A stretch of DNA of 64,000 nt from a virus. Within the stretch, counting starts at the first letter, position 1. Every line of letters begins with the position of its first letter. The position numbers and the translations under genes were made by a program. The stretch spans positions 14,400 through 78,399 of IMG/VR virus record IMGVR_UViG_3300049736_000695; one strand, given 5' to 3'. The notes beneath the pieces are model-generated. The model made no database searches, was not told the origin of the DNA, and saw only the letters and a list, made by a program, of their open reading frames with translations. Shown here piece after piece: positions 30,325 to 39,627 of this stretch.

Positions 30325-31074
30325 CTAGCTTCTAATTGATTGGAAAAAAGCAGAAGATACTTCATTGATAAGATCAGGTTTAATAACTTTGATACTTTTT
30401 AACTCATTGTTTTTTCTTACATATCTATCGAAGTGTGTTACTTCTGTGTAGATCGCGGGAGCATCTTGACTTGGATCAATATCAACATAATTGCCATCAC
30501 CGTCTTCGTAATGATGCGTTGCTAAATGTTCGTTCATTACTGCGTGAGCAGTAATTGATCCAGGTATTTCTAAGTCGACTGTTACGTTTGTTACAATTTC
30601 ACCCTTAATAAAGGGGTTTGATGAATTTACAACAATTTGACCGAGATCTAGATTTCTTCTAAGAATTTCACCTCTAGTACCTGATGTTCCTCCGGATGCA
30701 GTTTGCCCTACAAGCAATACTCCTGTAAGAGGAGTTTTAGTGCGTATAACGTTATGAGGAAAATCTTGTTTCACTTGATCCTCCAATTGATTAAGTGTAA
30801 GAGGCCATCCTCTTGATCTTAGGTGATCGTTAAGAAGATAAAAAGTCCAGTGAAACTGTGGGCTACCATAGAGTTTAAACGACACCTGATCAGGTCTATC
30901 ATTTTCTTGAATATTGTATGTACGATAAAAACTTACATTGTCTTTAATTTGATCAATGATATCTGAATAGCGAGAAATATCCTGAAATACTTCGTACGAT
31001 AATTTTTCGCCACCTAAGTCTTTGTTATTACCAAAGTAGTATGCTGTTCTAGGAAAATTGCGAAAGTATAACAT
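30325..31074 (-). CDS. Baseplate wedge subunit gp53
   Basis: YFRNFP..Y, Y.IQENDRPDQVSFKLYG....HW....LN, WPL, IKVIKP. Confidence 0.88.
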   Translation of the reverse strand: MLYFRNFPRTAYYFGNNKDLGGEKLSYEVFQDISRYSDIIDQIKDNVSFYRTYNIQENDRPDQVSFKLYGSPQFHWTFYLLNDHLRSRGWPLTLNQLEDQVKQDFPHNVIRTKTPLTGVLLVGQTASGGTSGTRGEILRRNLDLGQIVVNSSNPFIKGEIVTNVTVDLEIPGSITAHAVMNEHLATHHYEDGDGNYVDIDPSQDAPAIYTEVTHFDRYVRKNNELKSIKVIKPDLINEVSSAFFQSIRS

Positions 31075-32354
31075 TAATAACCTCTTTCAATATCTTGTTT
31101 TGCTAGAGCGCGATACTCTTGGAATATCAAAGTCATATCTACTTCTGTTGGTTGACCATCGGCATGAAAAACCATTTGACTTCCATTATAATTTACTTGA
31201 CAACTTCGAAGATATGCTAATTGTATCTTTGGAAATTTTGCCTGTGAATTTAAAAACTTAAAAGATATCTCAAACAAATTAGGAAATCTATATCCAGCAG
31301 GTATACCTTCAGCAATATTGATTGCTTCAGGATACATTTCTGTACGAAATGATTTAATAATACTTTCTACTTGAGAAGCTTCTGCTGCAGAAGTGGCTAT
31401 AAATCTAAATTGAAAAGTAAATTGACGAATATTCGGTCTGTCAAATATCATCCTTGTACCAGGATTGACGCCGGTTTGCAGGGCAGTCGACGCTGCTGCT
31501 CTTAATCCTGCAGAAGGTATTTTTTGTGATATACGTGCTGCAGCAACATTTGCAGTATCTCTTGTAATTTGACCAGTTGCTAAATTAAAAACACTTTCTA
31601 ATCCTTCAGCAACTGCATTTCCTATAGCTCCAAGTATTCCTGATCCGTTATTCATTGCAGCAGATGCAACTAATCCTCGCGTACCTAGATTTTCTTGATT
31701 GTATGATATATCATCATTTACAACAAGAGACTGTGGCATATAAATTCTAATCACTACTGGATTTACAGGATCCATCGTTTTTAATCCTGTTGCACCATCT
31801 CTACGAGGATTACGATCCTGTTTACTTGCTTCTTCAGCCTTTGCGCTAGCAACTCTATTCAGTTCGAATTGATTTACCGAACCGCGCTTTGCAGGTGGTC
31901 TATTTAATTCAAATTGATTTACCGAACCGGTAGGGGTATCTTCTGCTTCCGCATCATCAAAGTCACCATCATTATTGGTAGTAGTCGCAAAATCGCCTTC
32001 TTCAACTGTTTCTTGATCTTGAACAGCCTCACTTTTTGTAAGGGCATTCCACCCTTTTGTTATTAAAGGAGCATCATAATATTGCGCGTATTCAGCGGTA
32101 TCAACTGTATATGCATCAACAGTTCGAACCTTAAATTGCATCATTGCCGGAAAATCTGCTGCACCATCTAAAGGATATTTGTATACTGTAGGTGCTGGGC
32201 TAAAATTTTCTTTTTGAATGGTTTCAGCTGACCTAGTAGCATTTTCATTTTTTACACTACCAAGACTTTGCACATTTTTTTCAGTATTATGTTGTTTCTT
32301 GTAAGCGGCGGTTGTGCCAAAATCACTGCTACCTGGTCCATCTTCTCGTGCCAT
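31074..32354 (-). CDS. Baseplate tail-tube cap gp48
   Basis: YKYPLD, IYMPQ, NPG....F..PNIRQFTFQF, FPNLFEI, VNY..DGQP..VDMTLIFQE. Confidence 0.85.
   Translation of the reverse strand: MAREDGPGSSDFGTTAAYKKQHNTEKNVQSLGSVKNENATRSAETIQKENFSPAPTVYKYPLDGAADFPAMMQFKVRTVDAYTVDTAEYAQYYDAPLITKGWNALTKSEAVQDQETVEEGDFATTTNNDGDFDDAEAEDTPTGSVNQFELNRPPAKRGSVNQFELNRVASAKAEEASKQDRNPRRDGATGLKTMDPVNPVVIRIYMPQSLVVNDDISYNQENLGTRGLVASAAMNNGSGILGAIGNAVAEGLESVFNLATGQITRDTANVAAARISQKIPSAGLRAAASTALQTGVNPGTRMIFDRPNIRQFTFQFRFIATSAAEASQVESIIKSFRTEMYPEAINIAEGIPAGYRFPNLFEISFKFLNSQAKFPKIQLAYLRSCQVNYNGSQMVFHADGQPTEVDMTLIFQEYRALAKQDIERGY
31854..31928 (-). repeat. 30 bp imperfect duplication in gp48 encoding GSVNQFELNR twice
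   Basis: Copies at 31854-31883 and 31899-31928. Confidence 0.85.
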
Positions 32355-32363
32355 TTTACTTCC

Positions 32364-32371
32364 TATAAATA
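32364..32371 (+). promoter_or_regulatory. Late promoter for gp4
   Basis: TATAAATA in the divergent intergenic region. Confidence 0.8.
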
Positions 32372-32391
32372 CAATTAGTAAATTACAACAC

Positions 32392-32399
32392 TATTTATA
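32392..32399 (-). promoter_or_regulatory. Late promoter for the gp48 operon
   Basis: TATAAATA on the minus strand. Confidence 0.8.
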
Positions 32400-32407
32400 T
32401 CAAAAAA

Positions 32408-32910
32408 TGGCATATTCTGGAAAGTACATACCAAAGAATCTAAAGAAATACAGAGGTGATCCTGATAAAGTAACATATCGTTCTCATTGGGAAAAGCTTT
32501 GTTTCTTGTGGTGTGATCGTAATGACGATATAAAACATTGGTCATCAGAAGAAACAGTCGTACCTTATTTTTGGGATATTGATAAAAGATACCATAGATA
32601 TTTTGTAGATCTTAAGATTACATTTAACAACGGTCAAACAATACTTGTTGAAATAAAACCTGCCAAAGAAACAGAACCTCCTAAAAATGCCAATAAGAGT
32701 AAAAGATATATTGGCGAAGCAATGACATATGTAAAGAATATGAATAAGTGGGAAGCGGCTAATTCCTTTGCCAAAGATAGAGGATGGGAGTTTCAAATAT
32801 GGACAGAGAACACTTTAAAGTCAATGGGTATTATGAAAGACCAAAAGGGTAAATTAAAGCCATTAAAACCATTAAAGCCATATCGAAAAAAGCCTAAGAA
32901 AAAGATATAA
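32408..32910 (+). CDS. Head completion protein gp4 (TnsA-like nuclease fold)
   Basis: MAYSGKY.PKN..KYRGDP...YRS.WE, WSSEE, HRYFVD, EIKP, NKWEAA. Confidence 0.92.
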
Positions 32911-32913
32911 ATA
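32906..32913 (+). promoter_or_regulatory. Late promoter for gp2
   Basis: TATAAATA overlapping the gp4 stop. Confidence 0.75.
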
Positions 32914-32918
32914 GTTGC

Positions 32919-33509
32919 ATGAGTAACTTATTTGCAAAATTAGAATATGAAGCGTTTCGTGCTGGTGTTAATCCTCGTACAAAAGAGGCACAAGACTGGT
33001 TTCGGAAAAAAGCACAACAGATGCGAAGAGTAAATCGCAATGATTTGTTGCAAGATGAACAAGTGAAACTTGTGAATAGACAAAATCCTTTAATTGGATC
33101 TATGAATATGTTTTTCTATGATCCAAAACACAAGGAAACTCTGCCTTACTACGATAGATTTCCTTTAGCAATTATTGTGGGACCGGCAGAAAAAGGATTC
33201 TATGGTTTGAATCTACACTATTTGCCAAATGTATTAAGGGCTAAACTGCTTGATGCGCTACTTGATATTACAAATAATAATAAATACGATGAGTCTACTA
33301 GATTTCAAGTATCTTATAAATTATTACAAGCATCAAGCAAGATGAAATACTTCAAACCATGCTATAAGCATTATTTGACTGCACACGTAAAATCTAGACT
33401 TGCAAGAGTATCGGCTCCTGAATGGGAAATAGCAACATTCTTACCAACAGCTGATTTCGAAAAGTCATCTGCATCAAATGTATATACACAATCAAGGAAA
33501 GCAATATGA
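32919..33509 (+). CDS. DNA end protector gp2
   Basis: FFYDPKHKETLPYYDRFPL, GLNLHYLP, KHYL..HV.S, FLPT..F. Confidence 0.92.
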   Translation: MSNLFAKLEYEAFRAGVNPRTKEAQDWFRKKAQQMRRVNRNDLLQDEQVKLVNRQNPLIGSMNMFFYDPKHKETLPYYDRFPLAIIVGPAEKGFYGLNLHYLPNVLRAKLLDALLDITNNNKYDESTRFQVSYKLLQASSKMKYFKPCYKHYLTAHVKSRLARVSAPEWEIATFLPTADFEKSSASNVYTQSRKAI

Positions 33510-34201
33510 GTAGCATAGACCAAATTAAATCTCTTGCATCATCTAAACTCGGTTTTGCTCGAACCAACCAATTTTTAGTTGAGTTACCTACAAACTTTTC
33601 TGGTAGTGGTGGATTTCTTGGTTCACTTACTTCACTTCTTACAAGTGGTATCGGTCTTGGTTCTGGCGGTGGAGATCTTAACTTATTATGTTCATCAGCA
33701 ACATTGCCCGGTAAACAAATATTAACACATGAACGTCGTATTGGTATGGAGTTTCAAAAGGTTGCATATGGTTATGCCGTTGACGATGTAGCATTAACTT
33801 TCTATGCACTTAATGATTATGGCACACGAAAGTATTTTGATGAGTGGAGAAAATATACACTTAACGAAAATGGACATATTGCAGGTTATAAGAAAGATTA
33901 TGCAAAAGATGTAAAGATACATCAATTGCGCAAACCAATTAAGAATATCGGTACTTCGGCTGGACCGATTAAAATTAATATAGGACTAGGCGGTGGATCT
34001 GTTTATTCAGTAAGATTAAAAGATGCATTTCCTACAACAGTTCAGGCCGTTGAATTAAATAACGATATGGATGGACTTGTACAAATAAGTGTACAGTTAT
34101 CATATACAAATTGGGAAACAACGTCAAGCGGACAAGGCTGGATTCAAGCTACTGGTGGACTAACTGGTGGATTAGGCAGCTTGACTAATTTTTTATCATA
34201 G
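33506..34201 (+). CDS. Tail tube/baseplate junction protein (gp54/gp19-like)
   Basis: ARTNQFLV, CSSATLPG, LTFY, YFDEW, IHQL, LKDAFPT, VQLSY. Confidence 0.8.
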   Translation: MSSIDQIKSLASSKLGFARTNQFLVELPTNFSGSGGFLGSLTSLLTSGIGLGSGGGDLNLLCSSATLPGKQILTHERRIGMEFQKVAYGYAVDDVALTFYALNDYGTRKYFDEWRKYTLNENGHIAGYKKDYAKDVKIHQLRKPIKNIGTSAGPIKINIGLGGGSVYSVRLKDAFPTTVQAVELNNDMDGLVQISVQLSYTNWETTSSGQGWIQATGGLTGGLGSLTNFLS

Positions 34202-34210
34202 GAGTAGAAT

Positions 34211-34930
34211 ATGGCGCTTCCGCGTTTGAATGAATCACCTCAGTATGAATTAACTATACCGTCAACACAAGAAGTAATACAATTTAGACCATTTCTTGTG
34301 AAAGAACAAAAAGTATTGTTAATGGCATTTGAAACAAAAGATAAAAAACAAATTCTTAATTCAATATTAGCTACAATAAAAGCATGTTGTACTAATATTG
34401 ATGAAAAGAAACTTACATCATTTGATGTAGATTATGTTTTTACAAATATTAGAACTAAAGCTGTAGGTGAAACTACCACAATTGCAGTAAAATGTTCAGA
34501 CGAATCATGCTTGCATTCAAACGAAGTAGTAGTAAATTTAGAGAATGCAGAACTAATAAATTTAAATGAATCTAATATTGTAAAAATTAATAATGACATT
34601 TCTCTTAAAATGAAATGGCCTTCTTACACTGAGATTATTAACAACAAAATTATTACTGAAGATAATTATTCAAATACTGAAATTGTATACGAAACAATTA
34701 AAATGTCAATTGATAGTATAATGACTGAAGATGAATTAATTTCGTTAAAAGATGAATCAAATGAAGAAATAGATCAATTTATAAATTCATTAACGACTAG
34801 TCAATTTAATGAAATTAATAAATTTATTTCAAATGCACCAACATTAAAATATGATGTTAAGTTTACATGCGAATCGTGCGGTAAAGAAAATCATAACGTA
34901 TTGGAAGGTATTCAGGATTTTTTTTCTTAA
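34211..34930 (+). CDS. Baseplate hub assembly protein gp26
   Basis: MALPRL..P.YELTIPS....FRPFLVKEQKVLLMA, IRTKAVGE, CxxC, LEGIQDFF. Confidence 0.9.
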   Translation: MALPRLNESPQYELTIPSTQEVIQFRPFLVKEQKVLLMAFETKDKKQILNSILATIKACCTNIDEKKLTSFDVDYVFTNIRTKAVGETTTIAVKCSDESCLHSNEVVVNLENAELINLNESNIVKINNDISLKMKWPSYTEIINNKIITEDNYSNTEIVYETIKMSIDSIMTEDELISLKDESNEEIDQFINSLTTSQFNEINKFISNAPTLKYDVKFTCESCGKENHNVLEGIQDFFS

Positions 34931-35103
34931 ACCTCTCTCATGATTCTTTAGAAAACTATTACAGAGTGAACTATCAACTAATGCAAAATTTTCAATACTC
35001 TTTAACAGAAATAGATTTAATGATACCTTGGGAGAGGGAAGTATATCTAACGTTACTTACAGAAGACTTAAAAGAAAAGAATGAACAAGCCCAAAGGGGA
35101 TAG
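34924..35103 (+). CDS. gp51-like baseplate hub assembly protein (not in ORF track); probably reached by -1 frameshift from gp26
   Basis: -1 frame reads FLNLSHDSLENYYRVNYQLMQNFQYSLTEIDLMIPWEREVYLTLL...*; first ATG (34981) lies inside the conserved block. Confidence 0.8.
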   Translation, partial: FLNLSHDSLENYYRVNYQLMQNFQYSLTEIDLMIPWEREVYLTLLTEDLKEKNEQAQRG

Positions 35104-35105
35104 CA

Positions 35106-36626
35106 ATGGCTACATTAGCTGATATTAACGAAACGTTACAATCTAATCAAAAGCTAGCTGAAGACACTAATAAAAATATTAGTGAAATGAAAGTTGGTAT
35201 ATTAGGTTTTTTTGATTTTGAAAAAAGAAAAAGACTTGATGATTTAGAAGCGTCAAGGGAAAAGAAAAATAATCAAGCCGCAGCTATATCTAGTGCTACA
35301 CAAGAAGGTAAAAAAGATGGGGTTGACGGTGAATTTGGTTTTGGAAATATTGGAAATTTCTTAGGTGGTCTGGGTTTTGGTAAGTTGTTAAGTGGTGCTG
35401 GTAAACTCTTTTCATTAGCATTTCTAGCAAGAATATTTAAACGCGGTATTTTCGGTACTATAGCTGTAATGCTTGCAGATGAGATTGCAAGTGGTGTAAA
35501 GGCTTTGACTGGTTCGGATCTTGCTGGTGCGTTAACAGAAGCTGGAATTGTTGGTGGTGGCTTAGGAGCTATGTTTGGGCCTAAGGGAATTATAATTGGA
35601 GCAATGGCTGGAGTAATTACAACATCTGCAAAAGCTTTTGGTGATTATGTAGAAGAAGAACTGAAAAAGCAAGATATAGATTTTGCACCGATAATAGGAG
35701 AAGCAGCTGGCGCAACTACTAATATTGCAGGATTTGCTACAGTTGGAGGACTAGTCCTAGGACCATTGGGAGCAATAGCAGGTGCAATTATTGGTGGATC
35801 TGTTTCATTATTTCAAACATACCAAAGATACCAAAATGATCCAGAGTTTAAGAAACTTGTAGATGAAAAAGCTGCAAACATTAAAAAGAATGTTGAAGAT
35901 AGTATAATAGCTGCAGGTAATTTTATATTAGATTCATTAGATAAAATTGCTCCAGATTTAATTACAACAAAAGATGAAAAAGATGCTTTCAGACAAGCAA
36001 AACCTGAACGAGCAAAATTACTCGATGAAACTCAAAAAGAAGTAAATATATTAGCCCGCAAAAAATTATATGAACCAGAATCATTTAGTGAAATTGATAG
36101 AAAAAAATTAACTGCATCAACAGCGTTGCTAAGTGAACTTCGAGCAGAACGTGATGCATTTCTTAATAGTGATAATAGAGATGCCATGCTTAGACGAGGA
36201 TCCTCTCAAGGCGGAATGACTGCAGAACAAGCAGCTGAGGCATTTGGGGCAAAGACCACAAAGGCAGATATAAAAACTGCCGATGAAATAATAAAATTTG
36301 TAGCAGTTAAAAGAGATAAAGAAAGAAAAATTGATTCTTTTACTAGAGGCTTAAAAGGTAGAGCTTTGGAAAGTTCACTATCACGGCAATTTGGCATAAG
36401 TGATATGACTAAAATAAAAGAACTGGCTAAAGAAATGAATATGTCGCTTATAGACTATTTTGAAAAATATAGAACAGTTGGTGTAAATACAACACCACCA
36501 GCTGTTGTTGATGCTTCTGTTACTAATGTTGGAAGTGCAACCACCGCTCTCGTTGGATCAGGCACAAACTCATTTGACGCAAATAATCCATTAGTACGAA
36601 GAGCGATGGAAGCTGTTGTTCTTTAG
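35106..36626 (+). CDS. Tape-measure/gp29-like protein
   Basis: 506 aa, Gly/Ala-rich hydrophobic GxxG segments plus coiled coil; directly follows gp26/gp51. Confidence 0.55.
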   Translation: MATLADINETLQSNQKLAEDTNKNISEMKVGILGFFDFEKRKRLDDLEASREKKNNQAAAISSATQEGKKDGVDGEFGFGNIGNFLGGLGFGKLLSGAGKLFSLAFLARIFKRGIFGTIAVMLADEIASGVKALTGSDLAGALTEAGIVGGGLGAMFGPKGIIIGAMAGVITTSAKAFGDYVEEELKKQDIDFAPIIGEAAGATTNIAGFATVGGLVLGPLGAIAGAIIGGSVSLFQTYQRYQNDPEFKKLVDEKAANIKKNVEDSIIAAGNFILDSLDKIAPDLITTKDEKDAFRQAKPERAKLLDETQKEVNILARKKLYEPESFSEIDRKKLTASTALLSELRAERDAFLNSDNRDAMLRRGSSQGGMTAEQAAEAFGAKTTKADIKTADEIIKFVAVKRDKERKIDSFTRGLKGRALESSLSRQFGISDMTKIKELAKEMNMSLIDYFEKYRTVGVNTTPPAVVDASVTNVGSATTALVGSGTNSFDANNPLVRRAMEAVVL

Positions 36627-37528
36627 TCTTCTTGTGCTAGTTTAGCAAAATAAGACATTGTATCATCATCACTTTGAAGATTAACTTCTTCAGCCGTGAT
36701 TGGCTCAGCAACTTTATATTCAGGTTGCGGAGCTGGTGTATGCATTTGAGATTCTTGTCTCATAGTCGGTGCACCCATCGATGATTCCTCACCTAGAACT
36801 CGGGCTAATTTAGTTTTAAGTTCATCGTAGGTTTTATAGTTCTTTGCATCGTTGAATTCATTAAGATCATGCAATTGATTATACACTGCTTCTAGCTTAG
36901 CTTCATCTGACTCATAAAGAGCAGTTCCACTAGCAAACTCAGATTTATCATAGTTACGATAACCTTCGACCTGACGAATTTTAAGTTTGAAGTTAGCACC
37001 ATCCCAGAAATCAAATGGATTGATTGCTTTTTCATCAGCGAATGATGGTTGCATAACATCCATAATCTTATCAAAGATTTTCTTACCAAACTTATAGAGT
37101 ACAACACGACCTTGATTATGAGGTGCAGATGGATCTTCTACTACTAATGCATTAACTACGTAATGCAAACGCCGCTTTTGTGCACGTGCGGTTTCTTTAT
37201 CGGCTTCAATCCCAGAATTCCAGAGTCTGGAGTTGAGTTCGCCAACAGGGTCAGGTTGACCAATCGATGTAAGACTATTTTCGATATACCAAAGACCGGT
37301 TGGTCCTTTGAATCCATGATCCCAGTATCTGACCCATGGTAGTTCTGAACCTTCTGCGGCTGGTAAGAAACGTAAGACTGCATATCCATTACCTGCCTTG
37401 TCTACGGTTGGTTTCCAGATACGCTCATCATCATAGTTTTTCTTTTCACCACCACCGACTGCTTCGGCTGCTTTTACGAGTTGTGAGATATCTGTACCGC
37501 GATTGCGTTTAAGTGATTCGAATGACAT
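36623..37528 (-). CDS. Single-stranded DNA-binding protein gp32
   Basis: DERIWKP..DKAGNGYAVLRFLP, WYIENSLT, YKFGKKIFDKI, PFDFW.GANFKLKI, YRNYDKSEF, acidic tail. Confidence 0.95.
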   Translation of the reverse strand: MSFESLKRNRGTDISQLVKAAEAVGGGEKKNYDDERIWKPTVDKAGNGYAVLRFLPAAEGSELPWVRYWDHGFKGPTGLWYIENSLTSIGQPDPVGELNSRLWNSGIEADKETARAQKRRLHYVVNALVVEDPSAPHNQGRVVLYKFGKKIFDKIMDVMQPSFADEKAINPFDFWDGANFKLKIRQVEGYRNYDKSEFASGTALYESDEAKLEAVYNQLHDLNEFNDAKNYKTYDELKTKLARVLGEESSMGAPTMRQESQMHTPAPQPEYKVAEPITAEEVNLQSDDDTMSYFAKLAQED

Positions 37529-37563
37529 ATTTATTTTTTCCTTGTATAGCTGAAATATGATTA

Positions 37564-37593
37564 ATTATAACACAGTATTGCTGTAATGTAAAT
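37564..37593 (-). promoter_or_regulatory. Sigma70-type promoter for gp32
   Basis: ATTTACA-N17-TATAAT. Confidence 0.65.
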
Positions 37594-37608
37594 CTATATA
37601 TATTCATC

Positions 37609-37842
37609 TTATTCGAATAAAGCTGAATCAATAGAATTTGTTTTAGGTAGGAAGTTGAGGTTCATTGCTTCTGCCTCAAGCTTCCCTTTGATGATAGGTG
37701 ATATGAACTTATTGACATCTACTGGATCAATATCATTCTTATCACATAGATAGAGGATGGCATCCATGTAACTGATATGCATATCAACCACCGCTTTCTC
37801 TATCAATTGCGTGAATTTACTTTTGTTGAGAAAGTCACTCAT
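37609..37842 (-). CDS. Late transcription coactivator gp33
   Basis: F...IEK.V......YMDAILY.C, IKGKLEAEAMNLNFL. Confidence 0.85.
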   Translation of the reverse strand: MSDFLNKSKFTQLIEKAVVDMHISYMDAILYLCDKNDIDPVDVNKFISPIIKGKLEAEAMNLNFLPKTNSIDSALFE

Positions 37843-38966
37843 TTATCTAATACCCTTAATAAGATTGTATCACTACCTAATCTACCATTTGGTATACTAG
37901 TTTTAGTAGTAAGTGTTTTCCATTCCTTATCAATTTGATTTGGTGTCTTACCCAAGACGATAGGAAGGAAAGCGTCAGGCTTTCTGAGTTTTACCGTCCG
38001 ACTATTTACTTTATCAATATTCTTGATAGAGGTGCCAGAGATCTCAAATCCTTTTACGTCCTGAGTAATATATTCCGTCAATGCACGTGTCTTAGTATTG
38101 AACGTGTATAGACGGGTACCACCTACAATTTTAATAGGAGGTATTGACACTAGCTTAAATTCAGTATCTTCTTTCTTATACTGAACTTTAGCCACTTGTT
38201 TATCTGCAGCTTTTGGTTGCTTTACCCGCGTTGCACGAGTAGCTTTTGCTGCAGAACGGATACGATCACAGTCAGCCAACATATCTTGGCAAGCTTTAAT
38301 CCTCCGATTGAGTTCTGGTCTTTTCAAATGTGCATATCCTTCTACTGCATCTTCGCAGCGTTTGTGATATGCATCTTCATAATCAAGTAACCAGCCTTCA
38401 ATTACTTGTCTTACTGATGCAACAGCTGCACCGGTAAGACCATGTCTTTTAAATTCCTGATAGATATCAAGTTCAGCTTTTTCACCATCAATCCATTTAT
38501 CTTCAAGATCAAGAAGATCTTGCATAATAGTATTACTAATCTTCTTTTGCAAACGTTGCATTGGTGAAAGAGATACTACAGTAGCAGAGTCTTTGAGCTT
38601 TGCTTGCTTTTCAAAGTAGATATCTTTACCTGACTCTACAAGCGTCATCACGTACTTGTATAGACCTTCAGCATACTTACTAGATTTTTCGTCTAGCTTA
38701 AGTCCACTGTTAATCCAAAAAGCGGTAGCACAATAGTGAGTGAAGATATAGAACTTATATTCAGGATTTGACAGGGCAAACTTTTGATTTTTAGAATCAA
38801 CGTTTGATTTAATATAAGACTTGAGCGTATTAATAAGATCTTTACGATCAACTTCTATATGAAAGTAATATTTTACAGCATCGAAGCCTTTGTCAATTGG
38901 TGCACCAGCAAGACCGGTTCTAGCACGTGCTCTGACTTTAGCTTTTTTACGTTTTACCATAGGCAT
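37839..38966 (-). CDS. Conserved hypothetical protein of T4-like phages
   Basis: 375 aa; C-terminal LVSIPP..IVG...L..FNTK.R, LRKP, NGRL..DTILL; early promoter and GAGGAG SD. Confidence 0.75.
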   Translation of the reverse strand: MPMVKRKKAKVRARARTGLAGAPIDKGFDAVKYYFHIEVDRKDLINTLKSYIKSNVDSKNQKFALSNPEYKFYIFTHYCATAFWINSGLKLDEKSSKYAEGLYKYVMTLVESGKDIYFEKQAKLKDSATVVSLSPMQRLQKKISNTIMQDLLDLEDKWIDGEKAELDIYQEFKRHGLTGAAVASVRQVIEGWLLDYEDAYHKRCEDAVEGYAHLKRPELNRRIKACQDMLADCDRIRSAAKATRATRVKQPKAADKQVAKVQYKKEDTEFKLVSIPPIKIVGGTRLYTFNTKTRALTEYITQDVKGFEISGTSIKNIDKVNSRTVKLRKPDAFLPIVLGKTPNQIDKEWKTLTTKTSIPNGRLGSDTILLRVLDK

Positions 38967-38992
38967 AAGAATTCTCCTCTTTTTTCATTCTT

Positions 38993-39036
38993 TATATATT
39001 CTATCACAGTTTCACGCAAATGTACACAGTTAATTT
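38993..39036 (-). promoter_or_regulatory. Early promoter, 44 bp identical to 40981-41024
   Basis: AAATTAACTGTGTACA-N17-TAGAAT. Confidence 0.8.
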
Positions 39037-39114
39037 CACTATTTGTGAAAATAGTTGGAGCCAGGTTAAGCTGGTCCAAAGTTAGTGTATGTCTATACAT
39101 CAACTGCACCAGAT

Positions 39115-39456
39115 TTAGCGTCTCATATTTGCGATGTCAATTGCATCCTTAGAATCTTTACGGACAGGTACCATATTTGATTTATGAAGAGTACCAATGC
39201 CAGCGAGCTCATCACCAGTATATTGATTAGCTTTACGCTTACCTTCTACCTTCATGATGAGATCGCTGGTGGGCACTGTCTCGGTTACGGTATAATCTGG
39301 AAGGTCAGCTTTCCAGCGACTACCCTTTTGATAGCCCAAAGACTTGAGGAGCTTTGCTGTTTCAGCTTCAGCTTGAAGTACAGCTTGCGTCTTTTTACGG
39401 GCTTTTCTCTTACGAGAAGAAAGCGTAGTCATACCGCGAACGAGGTGCATAGTCAT
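39115..39456 (-). CDS. Conserved hypothetical protein
   Basis: MHLVRG, YTG....GIGTLHKSNMVPV, A.DIANMRR. Confidence 0.7.
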   Translation of the reverse strand: MTMHLVRGMTTLSSRKRKARKKTQAVLQAEAETAKLLKSLGYQKGSRWKADLPDYTVTETVPTSDLIMKVEGKRKANQYTGDELAGIGTLHKSNMVPVRKDSKDAIDIANMRR

Positions 39457-39623
39457 GATCTTTTATATCCCTTCCTTGTCATATCGTTGATGCGTTCTTG
39501 CAAATACTGACGAACAATCTTTTGAATTTGATCATACTGACCATCAGTAATTGATTTCATACGCTCCAGCTCACCTTCGAATACACGAACTGCCATCATA
39601 CGATCACTAGATAAGTTTTCCAT
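39453..39623 (-). CDS. Small hypothetical protein (56 aa, not in ORF track), probably leaderless
   Basis: MENLSSDRMMAVRVFEGELER...; ATG 7 nt after a -10 box; ATGA overlap with next gene. Confidence 0.6.
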   Translation of the reverse strand: MENLSSDRMMAVRVFEGELERMKSITDGQYDQIQKIVRQYLQERINDMTRKGYKRS

Positions 39624-39627
39624 TATA

